Counted from the first letter of the stretch, positions 1-11,091 are shown. The stretch is 64,000 bases of DNA from an uncultured Chloroflexia bacterium (GCA_963751585.1 CAVVVB010000017.1:110201-174200), one strand, 5' to 3'. The notes: generated by a model not told the origin, from the sequence alone. Numbers and translations are program-made.

Positions 1-1789
1 GACATCTACATTTTCGAAAGGATAGTGCCATTGAGCAAAAGGCATGGATCCCGAGTCAAACCAACAATCGATTACCTCGGGGTGCCGCCTCATCGTACCA
101 CCACACTTGGAACAAGAAAAGGCAATGTCATCAACAAAGGGACGATGCAAATCTAACGGTTCAACCAGACCTTCAAGGTTCGGTTTGGCCTTCAATTCAT
201 CGAGACTACCGACGCATTCGCAGCTGCCACATCCCGAACAACCCCAGATATTGAGTGGCGTTCCCCAGTAACGCTCCCTGGAAAAGGCCCAGTCAACGTT
301 ATTCTCCAACCAATTGCCAAAACGACCGTACTTTATATAATCCGGATACCAGTTGATCTCAGCGTTCCCAGATATAAGCGCCTCTTTCTTAACAGAGGTT
401 CTGATATACCAGGTCCTTTTTGCGTAGTATAGAAGAGGGGCTTCGCAACGCCAACAAAAGGGGTAAGTGTGGACAATGCGCCCGCTGTGGTACAGCAAGC
501 CCCTTGATTTCAGATCTTCCAGAATAAGAGGGTCAGCTTCCTTGACAAACTTTCCAGCAAAGTCGAAGGTGCCGGTCACTTTGCCATTCAAGTCTACAGG
601 CTGGACAAAGTCGAGATCGTTATTTTCTCCTGCTTCAAAGTCGACCTCACCAAAGGCCGGAGCAATATGAACAATGCCAGTGCCTTCCTCCATAGAGACA
701 AAATCGGCAGCGATCACACGATATGTCAGACCTGATTTTATGCCTTCAGCCTCCATTAGTTTAGGCGGCTCTTGTAAGACGAGATCATGTCTCGCAATCT
801 GTGGTTCGCCGACATAGAACGTCTGAAAACTTCTTCTTTCCACCCCAAACTGGTGCGGATTGAACAACGGCTCATATTCAAGCCGAGCAAGGTCTGCACC
901 AGCTACAGTAGCCACCTCTTTATAACCTCCAAGTTTGACTTTATCCACCAGAGCCGACGCCAAAATGAGATAATCGCTCTCCCCTTCCATCACGCTGTAT
1001 TTAGCTTCCGGGGCTACTGCTAACGCCGTATTGCCCGGCAATGTCCATGGTGTCGTCGTCCAGGCCAGGAGAAAGACAGGCTTATTCTCGTTGCGAGTGG
1101 GCCACAGAAAAGAATGTAGCTTTGTTCCTTCACGCAGTGAACTTATATCCAGTCTAAACTTTATGTAAACTGATGGATCCTCAGCATCATCTCTATAGCC
1201 AAGGGCGACTTCGTGAGAGCTGAGGGAGGTACCGCACCTGGGACAATGCGGGGTAACTCTATAGCCTTGATAAATCAGGTCCTTTGGCCCACAGTTGTTT
1301 CAGTGCCCACCAGCAAGATTCAATATAGGTATTGTCGAGAGTCTTATAGGAGTGCTCCAAATCAACCCAGAAGCCGATGCGCTCGGTCATGGCTTCCCAT
1401 TCCTTCAAATAGCTGAACACGCTCTCCCGACATAGAGCATTAAATTTAGCCACTCCGTAGTCTTCGATCTGAGCTTTTCCGGAAAAACCTAGCTTCTTCT
1501 CTATCTCTAATTCTACTGGAAGTCCATGAGTATCCCAGCCTCCCTTGCGTGGAACGTAGAAACCCTTCATCGTCTTGTATCTAGGAATGATGTCTTTAAA
1601 CACTCGGGAAAGCACATGGTGTATTCCCGGGCTTCCGTTGGCCGTTGGTGGTCCCTCATACAGGGTAAACTGTAACGCGCCAAGCCGGCTGTCGAGGCTT
1701 TTTTGGAAGATATTCTGCTCTTTCCAGAAATTGAGGATGGATGATTCTAACTGTGGGAAATTGACTTTACTGATTACGGGTCGAAACAT
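1..1789 (-). CDS. ileS: Isoleucyl-tRNA synthetase (type 2), 3' end beyond the window edge, with apparent frameshifts
   Basis: N-terminal ORF has [15 protein letters not shown] and [10 protein letters not shown]; after an extra base near 1279 the reading continues with [25 protein letters not shown] and [14 protein letters not shown]. Confidence 0.93.
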
Positions 1790-1791
1790 AC

Positions 1792-2454
1792 CTAGTGCTT
1801 CTTCAATAAAATGACTACCTTGCGCATTTCGCCTTCACCTGTGCTCTGGGTAGTGACATCCGGATGATCGGTTAGGGCCAAATGGATAATCCGGCGTTCA
1901 TCTGCGGGCATAGGCTCAAGAGTTATCAGACGTCTGTTCCTTTTCACTTGCTCCGCCAAACGCAAGGCCAAGCTCCGCAGGGATTCGTAGCGGCGCTTCT
2001 TGTAACTTGCAACATCCACATTTATCGGAACCCACCTCTTTAATTTCTCAGCAACTATCAATCTTAAAACATACTGCAGAGAAGATAGAGTCTGACCACG
2101 CCGACCAATCAAGACACCAAGGTCATCACCCTCAATATTCAGGGTTGCTGGTGCTTCACCGGCAGTTGATTGGTCCACTGTAACATTGCCAGCTATACCC
2201 ATGGACTTGATCAAAGCCTCTAATACCTCCCGACCTACTTCAACAATGTCGGCTTCATTAGCATTGGCTTCATCAACAGGCTCTGTTAACAGTCTAACCT
2301 TGATACTAGCTTCCTCGGCGCCCATCCCCAAAACACCGGCTCTGCCCTTTTTCAAAACTGTGACCTCCACCTGGTCTTTGGTGACGCCCAACTGTTCTAA
2401 TGCTAACCGGATTGCTTCATCAACCGTTTTGGCAGTTATTTCCAATTCTTTCAT
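1792..2454 (-). CDS. jag: Jag/EloR (KhpB) RNA-binding protein, KH and R3H domains
   Basis: Jag_N start (TAKTVDEAI), [11 protein letters not shown] motif, ERRIIH R3H motif; downstream of yidC. Confidence 0.93.
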   Translation of the reverse strand: MKELEITAKTVDEAIRLALEQLGVTKDQVEVTVLKKGRAGVLGMGAEEASIKVRLLTEPVDEANANEADIVEVGREVLEALIKSMGIAGNVTVDQSTAGEAPATLNIEGDDLGVLIGRRGQTLSSLQYVLRLIVAEKLKRWVPINVDVASYKKRRYESLRSLALRLAEQVKRNRRLITLEPMPADERRIIHLALTDHPDVTTQSTGEGEMRKVVILLKKH

Positions 2455-3329
2455 CTTCCAAAAAGCCCTCTCTTCTTCTCTTCGGTCCCCTTCCTTATCG
2501 TTTCAGACTCAGCCGCTGCCCCCTGCGTTATTTTAGATTGTCCCTCAGCGGGCGGTAACAATCTCTGAGGCTGCGTTAGCTTTTGCGCTGGTACCGGCTT
2601 AGGAGCCGAGGGAGTTCTTAAGTACCCCCACCCACCACTGACGAAGTACTGGATTATGATGCCTATTACGTTTGAAACCACCCAGTATAGCGCCAAGCCA
2701 GTGGGGAAGTTTAAGGTAAACAACCCAAACAGCAGCGGCATCATTAATGTGGTCATATTAGTCATAGACCGCTGCCGAGGGTCAGTGGCCGGTGGCGTGA
2801 CCATCTTCTGCTGCACCCACATTGTGCCACCAACCAATATAGGCAGAATAAGGTTTGCGGAGCCGGGTTGGGACAGCTTTAAAAACAAAAAATTCTCATT
2901 CAGTGGTATAGCCTGGTTCACAATCGGCCACGAATAGAGATGCTGCGACAGGCTAAGCAAGGCACCGGGAGAAGCTGCTAATGCCAGCTGAATGGACTGA
3001 TACAGTGCAATCCAGATCGGAAACTGGATGATAAGGGGCCACAAACAACCTAATGGACTAACTCCAGCCTCCTTATATAGCTTCATCGTCTCCTGCTGCA
3101 GCTTCTGCTGGTTTTTGGCGTACTTCTTCTGAAGCTCTTGCATTTTTGGCTGAAGCATTTGCATAGCCTTGGTCGATTTGGTTTGCCGCACGGTAAGTGG
3201 AAATAATATCAACCGCACGACAATCGTAAGCACAATAATCGACCAACCGAAGTTGCCCCCAAGCAAGTTTGACAGAGCAACTAAGCTGTTGAGTACCGGC
3301 TGTAAAGCGATGACATCCCACGGGTTCAT
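2451..3329 (-). CDS. yidC: Membrane protein insertase YidC/Oxa1 (short form)
   Basis: FGWSIIVLTIVVRLILFPL, LQPKMQELQKKY, GCLWPLIIQFPIWIALY, GLALYWVVSN. Confidence 0.95.
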   Translation of the reverse strand: MNPWDVIALQPVLNSLVALSNLLGGNFGWSIIVLTIVVRLILFPLTVRQTKSTKAMQMLQPKMQELQKKYAKNQQKLQQETMKLYKEAGVSPLGCLWPLIIQFPIWIALYQSIQLALAASPGALLSLSQHLYSWPIVNQAIPLNENFLFLKLSQPGSANLILPILVGGTMWVQQKMVTPPATDPRQRSMTNMTTLMMPLLFGLFTLNFPTGLALYWVVSNVIGIIIQYFVSGGWGYLRTPSAPKPVPAQKLTQPQRLLPPAEGQSKITQGAAAESETIRKGTEEKKRGLFGR

Positions 3330-3337
3330 AATTAGCT

Positions 3338-4552
3338 CTACTTTATATTAGAATAGGAGAATTCCCACAGCTTTTTGCCACTCTGCGCGTCTAAGCAATA
3401 AACAGAGCGATTGCTGCTATGAACATAAATCATGCTGCCTTCGGAATGGAGAGGTGCAATCACCGGCCCACCGACAGATACGGCATCATATTTCGGCTTC
3501 CCGCTGTCTGTCTGTAGCATATACACCGTCCCGGAATTTGATGCGACCACTAGGAGACCATCTGCCAGCACCGGCGTGGCAACGATCTGATCATCCGCAG
3601 TAAACTGCCAAACCTCTTCACCGGTGTTTACATTGAGTGCATAGACCTTATGATCAAGGCAACCAGCAAAAACCACCTCATTTTGAATTACCGGAGAGGC
3701 CCAGAACCAGTTACCCGCCCCAAATTTCCACCTCACGGCACCATCCGTGCTGTTAACAGCATATAGATAATGGTCAAATGTGCCAAAGAAAATGGTGCCG
3801 CCAGATACTACGGGTGATGAGGCAATAACCGAGGAATAGTCCTTCCGCCACAATTCCTTACCGTCTTTAACCGCATAAAGCTGTTTAGCATAGTTACTAA
3901 TGTATACAACTCCATCTCCAACATCGGGAGACGTCCATATCTTTCCTTTGGTGTCAAATTCCCAATTCTTTTCTCCGTAAACCACGTCTAATGCATAAAG
4001 CTTACCATCCGAGCTACCGACATAAAGATTATTATTCACCGCTACGGGGCTGCCGACAATGGCACCTATGGATTTAACATCGCTCGGATAAATCCACTCG
4101 CCCTTTGACCTCAACGGTGCGTTGTCCGTATAACCCGGAGCCAGCCTATTTATGGCTACTAGTTTGCCACCTCCGCCAGTATAGGTGCCGACACATACCA
4201 GATCTCCCACCACCACCGGTGTGGTATAAACGCTTAGCCGCGGCCCGGCAGGCGCACAGGCCGGACCGCATATCGCACCCGGAGTTCCCACGGCAGGAAA
4301 CTTGGTAAACACCCACTCGCCCTCACCGGGGAAAGCTGCACCCTGGCTTCGCGCCGAAGGATTTATGGCAAACACTCTACCATCCATCGTCCCGAAGTAA
4401 AGAGTGCCATTTTGACTGGCAACTCCAGACCATTCCTGGTAGCCTGGACCACTACTACAACCAAGAGCAAACAGGCCCAATACAATTAAAGAAAGAATTA
4501 GGCTTAATTTCTTAGTTCGGGTTTTGAAGAAGACAGCCACCGCATTCACCAT
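3338..4552 (-). CDS. PQQ-like beta-propeller repeat lipoprotein
   Basis: Lipobox-like ALGC after a hydrophobic signal; repeated SPxV..YVGS.DG.LYALD..G...W blades. Confidence 0.85.
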   Translation of the reverse strand: MVNAVAVFFKTRTKKLSLILSLIVLGLFALGCSSGPGYQEWSGVASQNGTLYFGTMDGRVFAINPSARSQGAAFPGEGEWVFTKFPAVGTPGAICGPACAPAGPRLSVYTTPVVVGDLVCVGTYTGGGGKLVAINRLAPGYTDNAPLRSKGEWIYPSDVKSIGAIVGSPVAVNNNLYVGSSDGKLYALDVVYGEKNWEFDTKGKIWTSPDVGDGVVYISNYAKQLYAVKDGKELWRKDYSSVIASSPVVSGGTIFFGTFDHYLYAVNSTDGAVRWKFGAGNWFWASPVIQNEVVFAGCLDHKVYALNVNTGEEVWQFTADDQIVATPVLADGLLVVASNSGTVYMLQTDSGKPKYDAVSVGGPVIAPLHSEGSMIYVHSSNRSVYCLDAQSGKKLWEFSYSNIK

Positions 4553-4573
4553 TAGAGATAGAATCCAGAAGCC

Positions 4574-4783
4574 TTAAGGTACAGGATCATAGCCACCGCT
4601 AGCCCACGGATTGCACCGGGCCAAACGCCTAACTGTTAGGCGGCATCCTCTGGCCACTCCGTACCGTTCAATTGCCTCATAAGCATAGTGAGAGCAAGTA
4701 GGAGTAAATCGACAAGCCGGCGGGGTAACTCGCGATATCGTAGACTGATACAGCTTAATTGATTCCAACACAAACCGTTTCAT
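4574..4783 (-). CDS. yidD: Membrane protein insertion efficiency factor YidD
   Basis: [11 protein letters not shown]...RCNPW..GGYDPVP signature. Confidence 0.95.
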   Translation of the reverse strand: MKRFVLESIKLYQSTISRVTPPACRFTPTCSHYAYEAIERYGVARGCRLTVRRLARCNPWASGGYDPVP

Positions 4784-5114
4784 TCTTATCTATCAAGTCA
4801 GCCTTTAACAGCAACCTTTCTATCGATTGTCTAAGCCGGTAGTAATCAGCCGATGAAGCAGCGGGCCGGGCGATAAACACTATGTCCCACCCCGGTCGTA
4901 CAGTTTGTATTCTAGTAATCTCTTTGAGAAGACGTCGTACCCGGTTACGCACCACCGCTTTGCCAACATCTTTGGCTACTGAAAACCCAAACCGGCTAAC
5001 CCCCACATCATTAGACAATACCTTCACCACTACGAGATTGTCTACCCAGGCCTTACCCGACTTATAGACGGTCAAATATTGGGCTCTTTTGGTCAAAGCC
5101 CATCTTTCAGTCAT
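4755..5114 (-). CDS. rnpA: Ribonuclease P protein component
   Basis: [21 protein letters not shown] (RNR motif). Confidence 0.95.
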   Translation of the reverse strand: MTERWALTKRAQYLTVYKSGKAWVDNLVVVKVLSNDVGVSRFGFSVAKDVGKAVVRNRVRRLLKEITRIQTVRPGWDIVFIARPAASSADYYRLRQSIERLLLKADLIDKNETVCVGIN

Positions 5115-5118
5115 ACTG

Positions 5119-5259
5119 CTAAACTGGTGTCAATCGCCAGCGCCCCTTGAGCCGCCGCGACTTCAATACCTTCCGTCCCCCTCGGGTTGCAGCCCTGGCT
5201 TTAAAGCCATGCTTACGCGTTCGCGAAATCTTTTTGGGTTGATAAGTCCTCTTGGGCAT
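5119..5259 (-). CDS. rpmH: 50S ribosomal protein L34 (46 aa, below the ORF-track cutoff)
   Basis: Manual translation [46 protein letters not shown]; GGAGG RBS; immediately upstream of rnpA. Confidence 0.95.
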   Translation of the reverse strand: MPKRTYQPKKISRTRKHGFKARAATRGGRKVLKSRRLKGRWRLTPV

Positions 5260-5282
5260 TCTATACGTCCCTCCGGCAATAG

Positions 5283-5582
5283 CTAGGATTCGCTCACGGG
5301 TGCAGCCACGGGGCGGGCATGGGTATGATCCGGGGTATAAGGCAACAAAGCCAGGTAACGAGCCCTCTTTATGGCTAGCGCCAAGCGTCGTTGATGTTTG
5401 GCACAGGCACCAGTCCGACGACGAGGCATAATCCTGGCTCTATCAGATACATAACGCCTCAATCTGGCGATATCTTTATAATCTATTTCGCTCTTATCAG
5501 CACAGAAGGCGCAAACCTTCGGCTTAAAAACAAATCTGCGTCCTTTTTCTCTGGTTTCTCTTATCCCCTCGCCTTCCTCCAT
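5283..5582 (-). CDS. rpsR: 30S ribosomal protein S18 (zinc-ligand form)
   Basis: [38 protein letters not shown]. Confidence 0.95.
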   Translation of the reverse strand: MEEGEGIRETREKGRRFVFKPKVCAFCADKSEIDYKDIARLRRYVSDRARIMPRRRTGACAKHQRRLALAIKRARYLALLPYTPDHTHARPVAAPVSES

Positions 5583-5617
5583 AACTTAATCTATGCCTCC
5601 TTCCAAGACTCTAACTA

Positions 5618-6028
5618 CTAAAAGGGCAAATCCTCAGGCGCCACCTCCTCTTCCGCACCCTCCGTTGGAGTTTCTTCGCCAGGGAGAGGAGCTACGGCCT
5701 GTCTATCAAGAAACAGCACCCTGTTAGCTATCACTTCAACCGTGACACGTTTTTGACCATCCCGACCTTCCCAGGAACGAGTCCGCAGACTACCTTCGAC
5801 ATAAACTCGTTGCCCTTTGGTCAAAAACTGATTACAGCTCTCAGCCTGTTTCCTCCAGGCAACCACGGTAAACCATTCCGTGTCTTGTTTTCGTTCCCCC
5901 TCAGACGTCGTATAAGCTCTGCTGGTTGCAACGCGGAACGAAGTTACCGGGTTACCGGACGGCGTGAAGCGCATCTCCGGATCAGTCCCTACGTTACCAA
6001 TAAGCATAACTTTGTTTAGACTCACCAT
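5618..6028 (-). CDS. ssb: Single-stranded DNA-binding protein
   Basis: LNKVMLIGNVGTDPEMR, acidic tail ending DLPF. Confidence 0.96.
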   Translation of the reverse strand: MVSLNKVMLIGNVGTDPEMRFTPSGNPVTSFRVATSRAYTTSEGERKQDTEWFTVVAWRKQAESCNQFLTKGQRVYVEGSLRTRSWEGRDGQKRVTVEVIANRVLFLDRQAVAPLPGEETPTEGAEEEVAPEDLPF

Positions 6029-6049
6029 GGTCTACCTCCTTACCCCACA

Positions 6050-6337
6050 CTAGTCGCCTGATCTTATCAAAAGGTGGCGCAAAATCTTCCCAGAAAGCTG
6101 GAGATTAGCTTCTAGCTCTTTGGTCAAAGCTGGCTTCATCTTAAGCTTAGCCAACACGTAATTCCCTTCAGTAGACCTCTTTATGGGATAGGCCAGCTTT
6201 CTTCTACCCCACTGGTTTATCTCATCAACACTGCCTTCCATCTTAGCAACTAACTCGCTGATCTTAGTTAATAGATCAGGTACATCCTCATCGACCACCT
6301 CGGGAGTTATTATAATCACCAGTTCATAATTGGGCAT
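6050..6337 (-). CDS. rpsF: 30S ribosomal protein S6
   Basis: YELVIII, WGRRKLAYPIK, GNYVL, ILRHLLIR. Confidence 0.95.
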   Translation of the reverse strand: MPNYELVIIITPEVVDEDVPDLLTKISELVAKMEGSVDEINQWGRRKLAYPIKRSTEGNYVLAKLKMKPALTKELEANLQLSGKILRHLLIRSGD

Positions 6338-6477
6338 TCATATTACCTCGGAATTCAAAAGGTGCGGCCATTATAGCATATCAATTGGAATGGCAGCAAA
6401 CTGCCCGTGACTTTATGTATTCCTTGCATTTTTGTTATCTGTGGCTTATATTCTTGATTGCACAAAGGAGTCTATCT

Positions 6478-7578
6478 TTGGAAATCTGCATCATTGGACT
6501 GCCCAAGAGCGGAAAAACAACCATCTTCAATGCTGTGACTAAAGGGAAAGCCGAGAATTTAGTCCATGCGCCAGCTACCATTAGTCCAAGCATTGGTGTA
6601 TCAAAGGTGCCGGAACCAAGATTGCAGGTTCTGGATAAGATATTTCATCCCAAAAAGATAATACAGGCCGAGGTCAAATATACCGATATTGTCGGTACAA
6701 CTAAGAGTTTCGGCAAGGGTGAAGGAATAAGTGGCCACTTTCTGAACTATCTAAGCAACGCTGATGCTCTGCTTCATGTAGTCCGAGCCTTTTCAGACGA
6801 GAACGTACCACATATAGACGGAGATGTTAACCCAAAACGCGATATAGCTAACATGAACTTAGAGCTTGTCTTCTCCGATTTAACTATTATTGAAAGAAGG
6901 CTGAAACGACTCGAAGAATCTCTGAAAGGCGCTAAGCCATCGGAACGTGGCATTTTTGTTAAAGAGCAGACACTCCTTCTGAAGATCAAGGCGGGGCTGG
7001 AACAAGATATACCAATATGGCAACAAGGTCTTACTGTAGATGAAACTAGAAGCCTGTCCAATTACCAATTTCTTACTGCAAAACCCATGCTGTTGGTTCT
7101 CAACATCGGAGAGAGCCAGCTAATGCAGGCAGCTGTACTTGAAGCTGAACTTCGCTCGGCCTATCCTGATGCCCATTTTGATATAGTGGCGCTGTGCGGT
7201 AAGCTGGAAATGGAGCTGGCTCAACTCAGCGATGCCGAAGCTGCAGAATTTCGTGCTGCATTGGCACTGGCTGAGCCGGCAGTTGAACGAATCATTAGAC
7301 TCTCCCATCGACTCTTAGGACTACTCTCTTTCTTCACAACTGTCTCCGATGAGTTAAAAGTCTGGACTGTCCCTCAAGGGACAACTGCCTTAAAAGCAGC
7401 AGGAAAGATCCATTCTGACATTGAAAAGGGGTTCATAAGGGCTGAAGTTGTGAGTTTCCACGAGTTGGAGAGATGCGGCAGCCTGGCTGAAGCTCGAAAA
7501 CAGGGCCTGCTCAGACTCGAAGGTAAAAATTACATCGTACGGGACGGAGATATAATAACCTTCCTGTTTAATGTTTAG
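6478..7578 (+). CDS. ychF: Redox-regulated ATPase YchF
   Basis: GLPKSGKTT P-loop, AGKIHSDIEKGFIRAEV, TGS tail; TTG start at 6478 chosen from the AAGGAG RBS. Confidence 0.93.
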   Translation: MEICIIGLPKSGKTTIFNAVTKGKAENLVHAPATISPSIGVSKVPEPRLQVLDKIFHPKKIIQAEVKYTDIVGTTKSFGKGEGISGHFLNYLSNADALLHVVRAFSDENVPHIDGDVNPKRDIANMNLELVFSDLTIIERRLKRLEESLKGAKPSERGIFVKEQTLLLKIKAGLEQDIPIWQQGLTVDETRSLSNYQFLTAKPMLLVLNIGESQLMQAAVLEAELRSAYPDAHFDIVALCGKLEMELAQLSDAEAAEFRAALALAEPAVERIIRLSHRLLGLLSFFTTVSDELKVWTVPQGTTALKAAGKIHSDIEKGFIRAEVVSFHELERCGSLAEARKQGLLRLEGKNYIVRDGDIITFLFNV

Positions 7579-7706
7579 GATACGTGCATAGGAGAATCTC
7601 ACTTCTCGATGAAGTTTGCCACAAATGATACCGTCGCTTTCAACATCCCAATATCAGATGTTATAATAATGACTCCCACTGAGATAACCAAACGACGAGG
7701 AGAGAT

Positions 7707-9974
7707 ATGAAACAAGGGACAAAGATTATCGCTTGGTTTGACCAGGTCACCAAGAATGACATTCCCCTGGTAGGCGGCAAAGGAGCAAACCTCGGTGAGA
7801 TGGTCAATGCGCGAATACCAGTGCCGCCAGGCTTCATCGTCACAGCCGATGCCTATTTCAAGTTTTTGGAAGCCACCAAGCTTACAAATGAAATCCGGCA
7901 ATACCTGGCGGACTTGGACGTTAATGATAGTAAAAAGCTACAAGAGACAGCGAGTCTGATTAAGCAGAGTATTTCCAGTTTGCCCATGCCAGCCGATATG
8001 GCTAGCAAGATTAAAAGCGCTTATCGGAAACTCGGCGGTGGGTTGGTAGCAGTTCGTTCTTCAGCCACGGCCGAGGATTTACCCGAAGCTTCTTTTGCTG
8101 GGCAACAACGCACTTTTCTAAACGTTCAGGGTGAGGATGGGGTAGTAGCAGCTGTACAAGGCTGTTGGGCTTCCCTATTTGAACCAAGGGCGATATTTTA
8201 CCGGGAACAGCAGGGCTTCGACCATCTCAAAATAGGCATAGCTGTACCCGTACAAGCAATGGTTCAGTCAGAGACTTCAGGGGTGCTGTTCACAGTGGAA
8301 CCATTGACCAGCGACAAAACAAAGATTCTTATCGAAGCAATCTATGGATTGGGCGAGGCAATTGTCTCCGGCGACGTTACTCCCGATCAGTATTTGTTAG
8401 ACAAAGAAGAACTCAAGATCCTGGACAAGAAGATAAGCAAGCAAGAATGGCAATTGGTGCGTAATTCAAAGCTGGCACCAACTGAACTCGAAGGGACTGC
8501 TAGAATCTCTGTTTCACCATCAAAACAAACCTTGCAGAAGCTCAATGACACCGAAATAATCGCTTTAGCTAAACTGGGCAAAGTGATCGAGGACTTATAT
8601 CAATCTCCACAGGATATCGAATGGGCAAGACAGGCAAGACAACTTTTCATCCTCCAAACACGGCCAGTAACTACGCTGAAAGAAAAGACAGATACTAGGA
8701 CTCTTCCAAAAATCGAAGAGGCCGCAATTCTAAATGGCGTTGCAGCCAGCCCAGGAATAGCGGTTGGCTTCGTGAGAATTGTTCCGGACGCCTCACAGAT
8801 AGACACAGTGAAAAATGGCGATATTCTCGTAGCCGAAATGACCACACCGGATTTCGTGCCAGCCATGAAGCGAGCAGTGGCTATAGTTACTAATCGCGGT
8901 GGGCGAACCGCCCACGCAGCTATCGTCAGCCGCGAGCTTGGCATCCCTTGCGTAGTGGGCACGGAGGTAGCGACAAAAACTTTGACGGACGGTCAGGAAA
9001 TCACTGTGGACGGTTTCCGCGGACAGGTCTATGCCGGCAGAGTAGCCGAACCGACAACAGCTGCCCCCGTGGTTATCACTCAAGAACGAATCAAGACAAA
9101 AACCAGAGTCTATGTAAATCTGGCTGAACCCGAACTGGCTAATACCGTAGCCGCGAGGCATGTAGACGGAGTTGGCTTGCTCAGGGCTGAATTTATGATG
9201 GCGCAAATCGGCGGGCATCCAAGATATATGTTGCATGAGGGAAAAGGCGAACAATTCATGGAAACGCTAGCCAAAGGCATTACTGCATTTACCAAAGCTT
9301 TTCACCCTCGGCCGGTAGTTTATCGGACTTCAGACTTCAAAACCAATGAATACAGAAATTTGCGCGGTGGAGACAGGTATGAGGAATTTGAAGAGAACCC
9401 GATGCTTGGATATCGAGGATGTTCCAGATATACAAGAGAAACAGAAGTTTTCCGACTCGAAATAGACGCCATTAAAAAAGTATGCCAGTATTACGATAAC
9501 CTCTACGTGATGATTCCCTTCGTCCGTTTTGTAGATGAGATGGCCAGAATAAAAAGGTTTTTAGCGGCGGAGGGCTTATATCAGTTCTCCAACTTTCAGC
9601 TGTGGATGATGGTTGAAGTGCCTTCAAATGTCTTCCTTATAGACAAGTTCTTGGATCTCGGGATTGATGGTATTTCCATTGGCTCTAACGACTTAACACA
9701 ATTGATTCTTGGAATAGATAGAGACAATCCCAAATTGGCGCCGCAATTTGACGAAAGAAACGAGGCAGTGCTGATGGCCATAGAAAAGATTATCAAAGCT
9801 GCGGTCAGCAAAGGTGTCACCGCTTCCATTTGCGGACAAGCGCCCTCAGTATACCCGGAACTTACAGAAAATTTGGTAAAATGGGGCATAACTTCAGTTT
9901 CGGTAAGCCCTGACATGATTGATGAAACACGGCGCATCATTGCCGCAGCAGAATCGAAGCTTAGCCGCTCGTAA
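7707..9974 (+). CDS. ppsA: Phosphoenolpyruvate synthase
   Basis: VGGKGANLGEM, VAVRSSATAEDLPEASFAGQQ, GGRTAHAAIVSRE, SIGSNDLTQL. Confidence 0.95.
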   Translation: MKQGTKIIAWFDQVTKNDIPLVGGKGANLGEMVNARIPVPPGFIVTADAYFKFLEATKLTNEIRQYLADLDVNDSKKLQETASLIKQSISSLPMPADMASKIKSAYRKLGGGLVAVRSSATAEDLPEASFAGQQRTFLNVQGEDGVVAAVQGCWASLFEPRAIFYREQQGFDHLKIGIAVPVQAMVQSETSGVLFTVEPLTSDKTKILIEAIYGLGEAIVSGDVTPDQYLLDKEELKILDKKISKQEWQLVRNSKLAPTELEGTARISVSPSKQTLQKLNDTEIIALAKLGKVIEDLYQSPQDIEWARQARQLFILQTRPVTTLKEKTDTRTLPKIEEAAILNGVAASPGIAVGFVRIVPDASQIDTVKNGDILVAEMTTPDFVPAMKRAVAIVTNRGGRTAHAAIVSRELGIPCVVGTEVATKTLTDGQEITVDGFRGQVYAGRVAEPTTAAPVVITQERIKTKTRVYVNLAEPELANTVAARHVDGVGLLRAEFMMAQIGGHPRYMLHEGKGEQFMETLAKGITAFTKAFHPRPVVYRTSDFKTNEYRNLRGGDRYEEFEENPMLGYRGCSRYTRETEVFRLEIDAIKKVCQYYDNLYVMIPFVRFVDEMARIKRFLAAEGLYQFSNFQLWMMVEVPSNVFLIDKFLDLGIDGISIGSNDLTQLILGIDRDNPKLAPQFDERNEAVLMAIEKIIKAAVSKGVTASICGQAPSVYPELTENLVKWGITSVSVSPDMIDETRRIIAAAESKLSRS

Positions 9975-10007
9975 AATTGTGACAGGGAAATAGAGGCCAG
10001 GCCTTCG

Positions 10008-11081
10008 ATGACATGTCTGAATATTCGGGAACGCATAGAAGAATCCGAAAGCAGACTCTCCCCCTACGCATCAAAAAGCCAATTTAGCCGGGGCAGATTG
10101 AAATGGGAAGCCCCTTGTCCCATGCGCACAGCTTTCCAAAGGGATCGCGACCGAATCATTTATTCGAATGCATTTCGCCGACTTAAGCATAAAACTCAGG
10201 TATTCATCGCCCCTTTGGGTGACCATTATGTGACAAGGTTGACTCATACATTAGAAGTATCTCAAATTGCCCGAACTATAGCTCGAGCACTTAATCTGAA
10301 TGAGGACTTGACTGAGGCTATTGCTTTAGGACATGACTTGGGCCATACCCCGTTTGGCCATGTGGGTGAGCAGGTGCTCAATGAGCTCTGTCCAGGCGGC
10401 TTCAAACATAATGAACAAAGCCTGAGAGTAGTGGACCTCCTCGAAAAAGATGGGCAAGGGCTGAACCTAACATGGGAAGTAAGAGATGGCATATTGAATC
10501 ATTCTAAAAGCGGAACAGAGATACTTGGCAAAGGATGGACAGAGGTTGGAACTGTCGAAGGCCAAGTCGTTAAAATAGCTGACACTGTTGCGTATGTCAA
10601 TCACGATATCGCTGACGCTATAAGAGCTGGCGTAATCACTGAAGATTCACTGCCAGCCTCTGCAATCAAAGTTCTTGGTGACACGACTTCTCAACGAATC
10701 AACGTAATGGTCTGCGATATCGTTGACTATTCCTCTGCATCGCTAGCCAACGCCAATTTGAATAAGCCAGACATAGGTATGAACCCGGAGGTCTTAAGAG
10801 AGACCAACAACCTGCGTGAGTTTCTTTTTGACAAAGTGTATAATCCCAGTCCGGCTAGTAAAGATACGGCAAAAGCGAGAAGGGCCATACATCTGTTATA
10901 TTCATTCTTTTTGTCACACCAGGAGAACTTGCCTGCGGAATATGCTTTGCGAGATGACAACGAAGAACGGAAGGTAACGGACTACATTGCTGGAATGACC
11001 GACCAGTATGCAATACGGATGGCGAGAGAAGTCTCACAACTAAAGAAGAGGTCAACTCCCGCCTGGAGCGCAAGCAAATAG
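10008..11081 (+). CDS. dgt: Deoxyguanosinetriphosphate triphosphohydrolase (HD domain)
   Basis: FQRDRDRI..FRRLKHKTQVF, RLTHTLEV, GHDLGHTPFGH, DYIAGMTD. Confidence 0.92.
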   Translation: MTCLNIRERIEESESRLSPYASKSQFSRGRLKWEAPCPMRTAFQRDRDRIIYSNAFRRLKHKTQVFIAPLGDHYVTRLTHTLEVSQIARTIARALNLNEDLTEAIALGHDLGHTPFGHVGEQVLNELCPGGFKHNEQSLRVVDLLEKDGQGLNLTWEVRDGILNHSKSGTEILGKGWTEVGTVEGQVVKIADTVAYVNHDIADAIRAGVITEDSLPASAIKVLGDTTSQRINVMVCDIVDYSSASLANANLNKPDIGMNPEVLRETNNLREFLFDKVYNPSPASKDTAKARRAIHLLYSFFLSHQENLPAEYALRDDNEERKVTDYIAGMTDQYAIRMAREVSQLKKRSTPAWSASK

Positions 11082-11091
11082 CTGACGTAAA

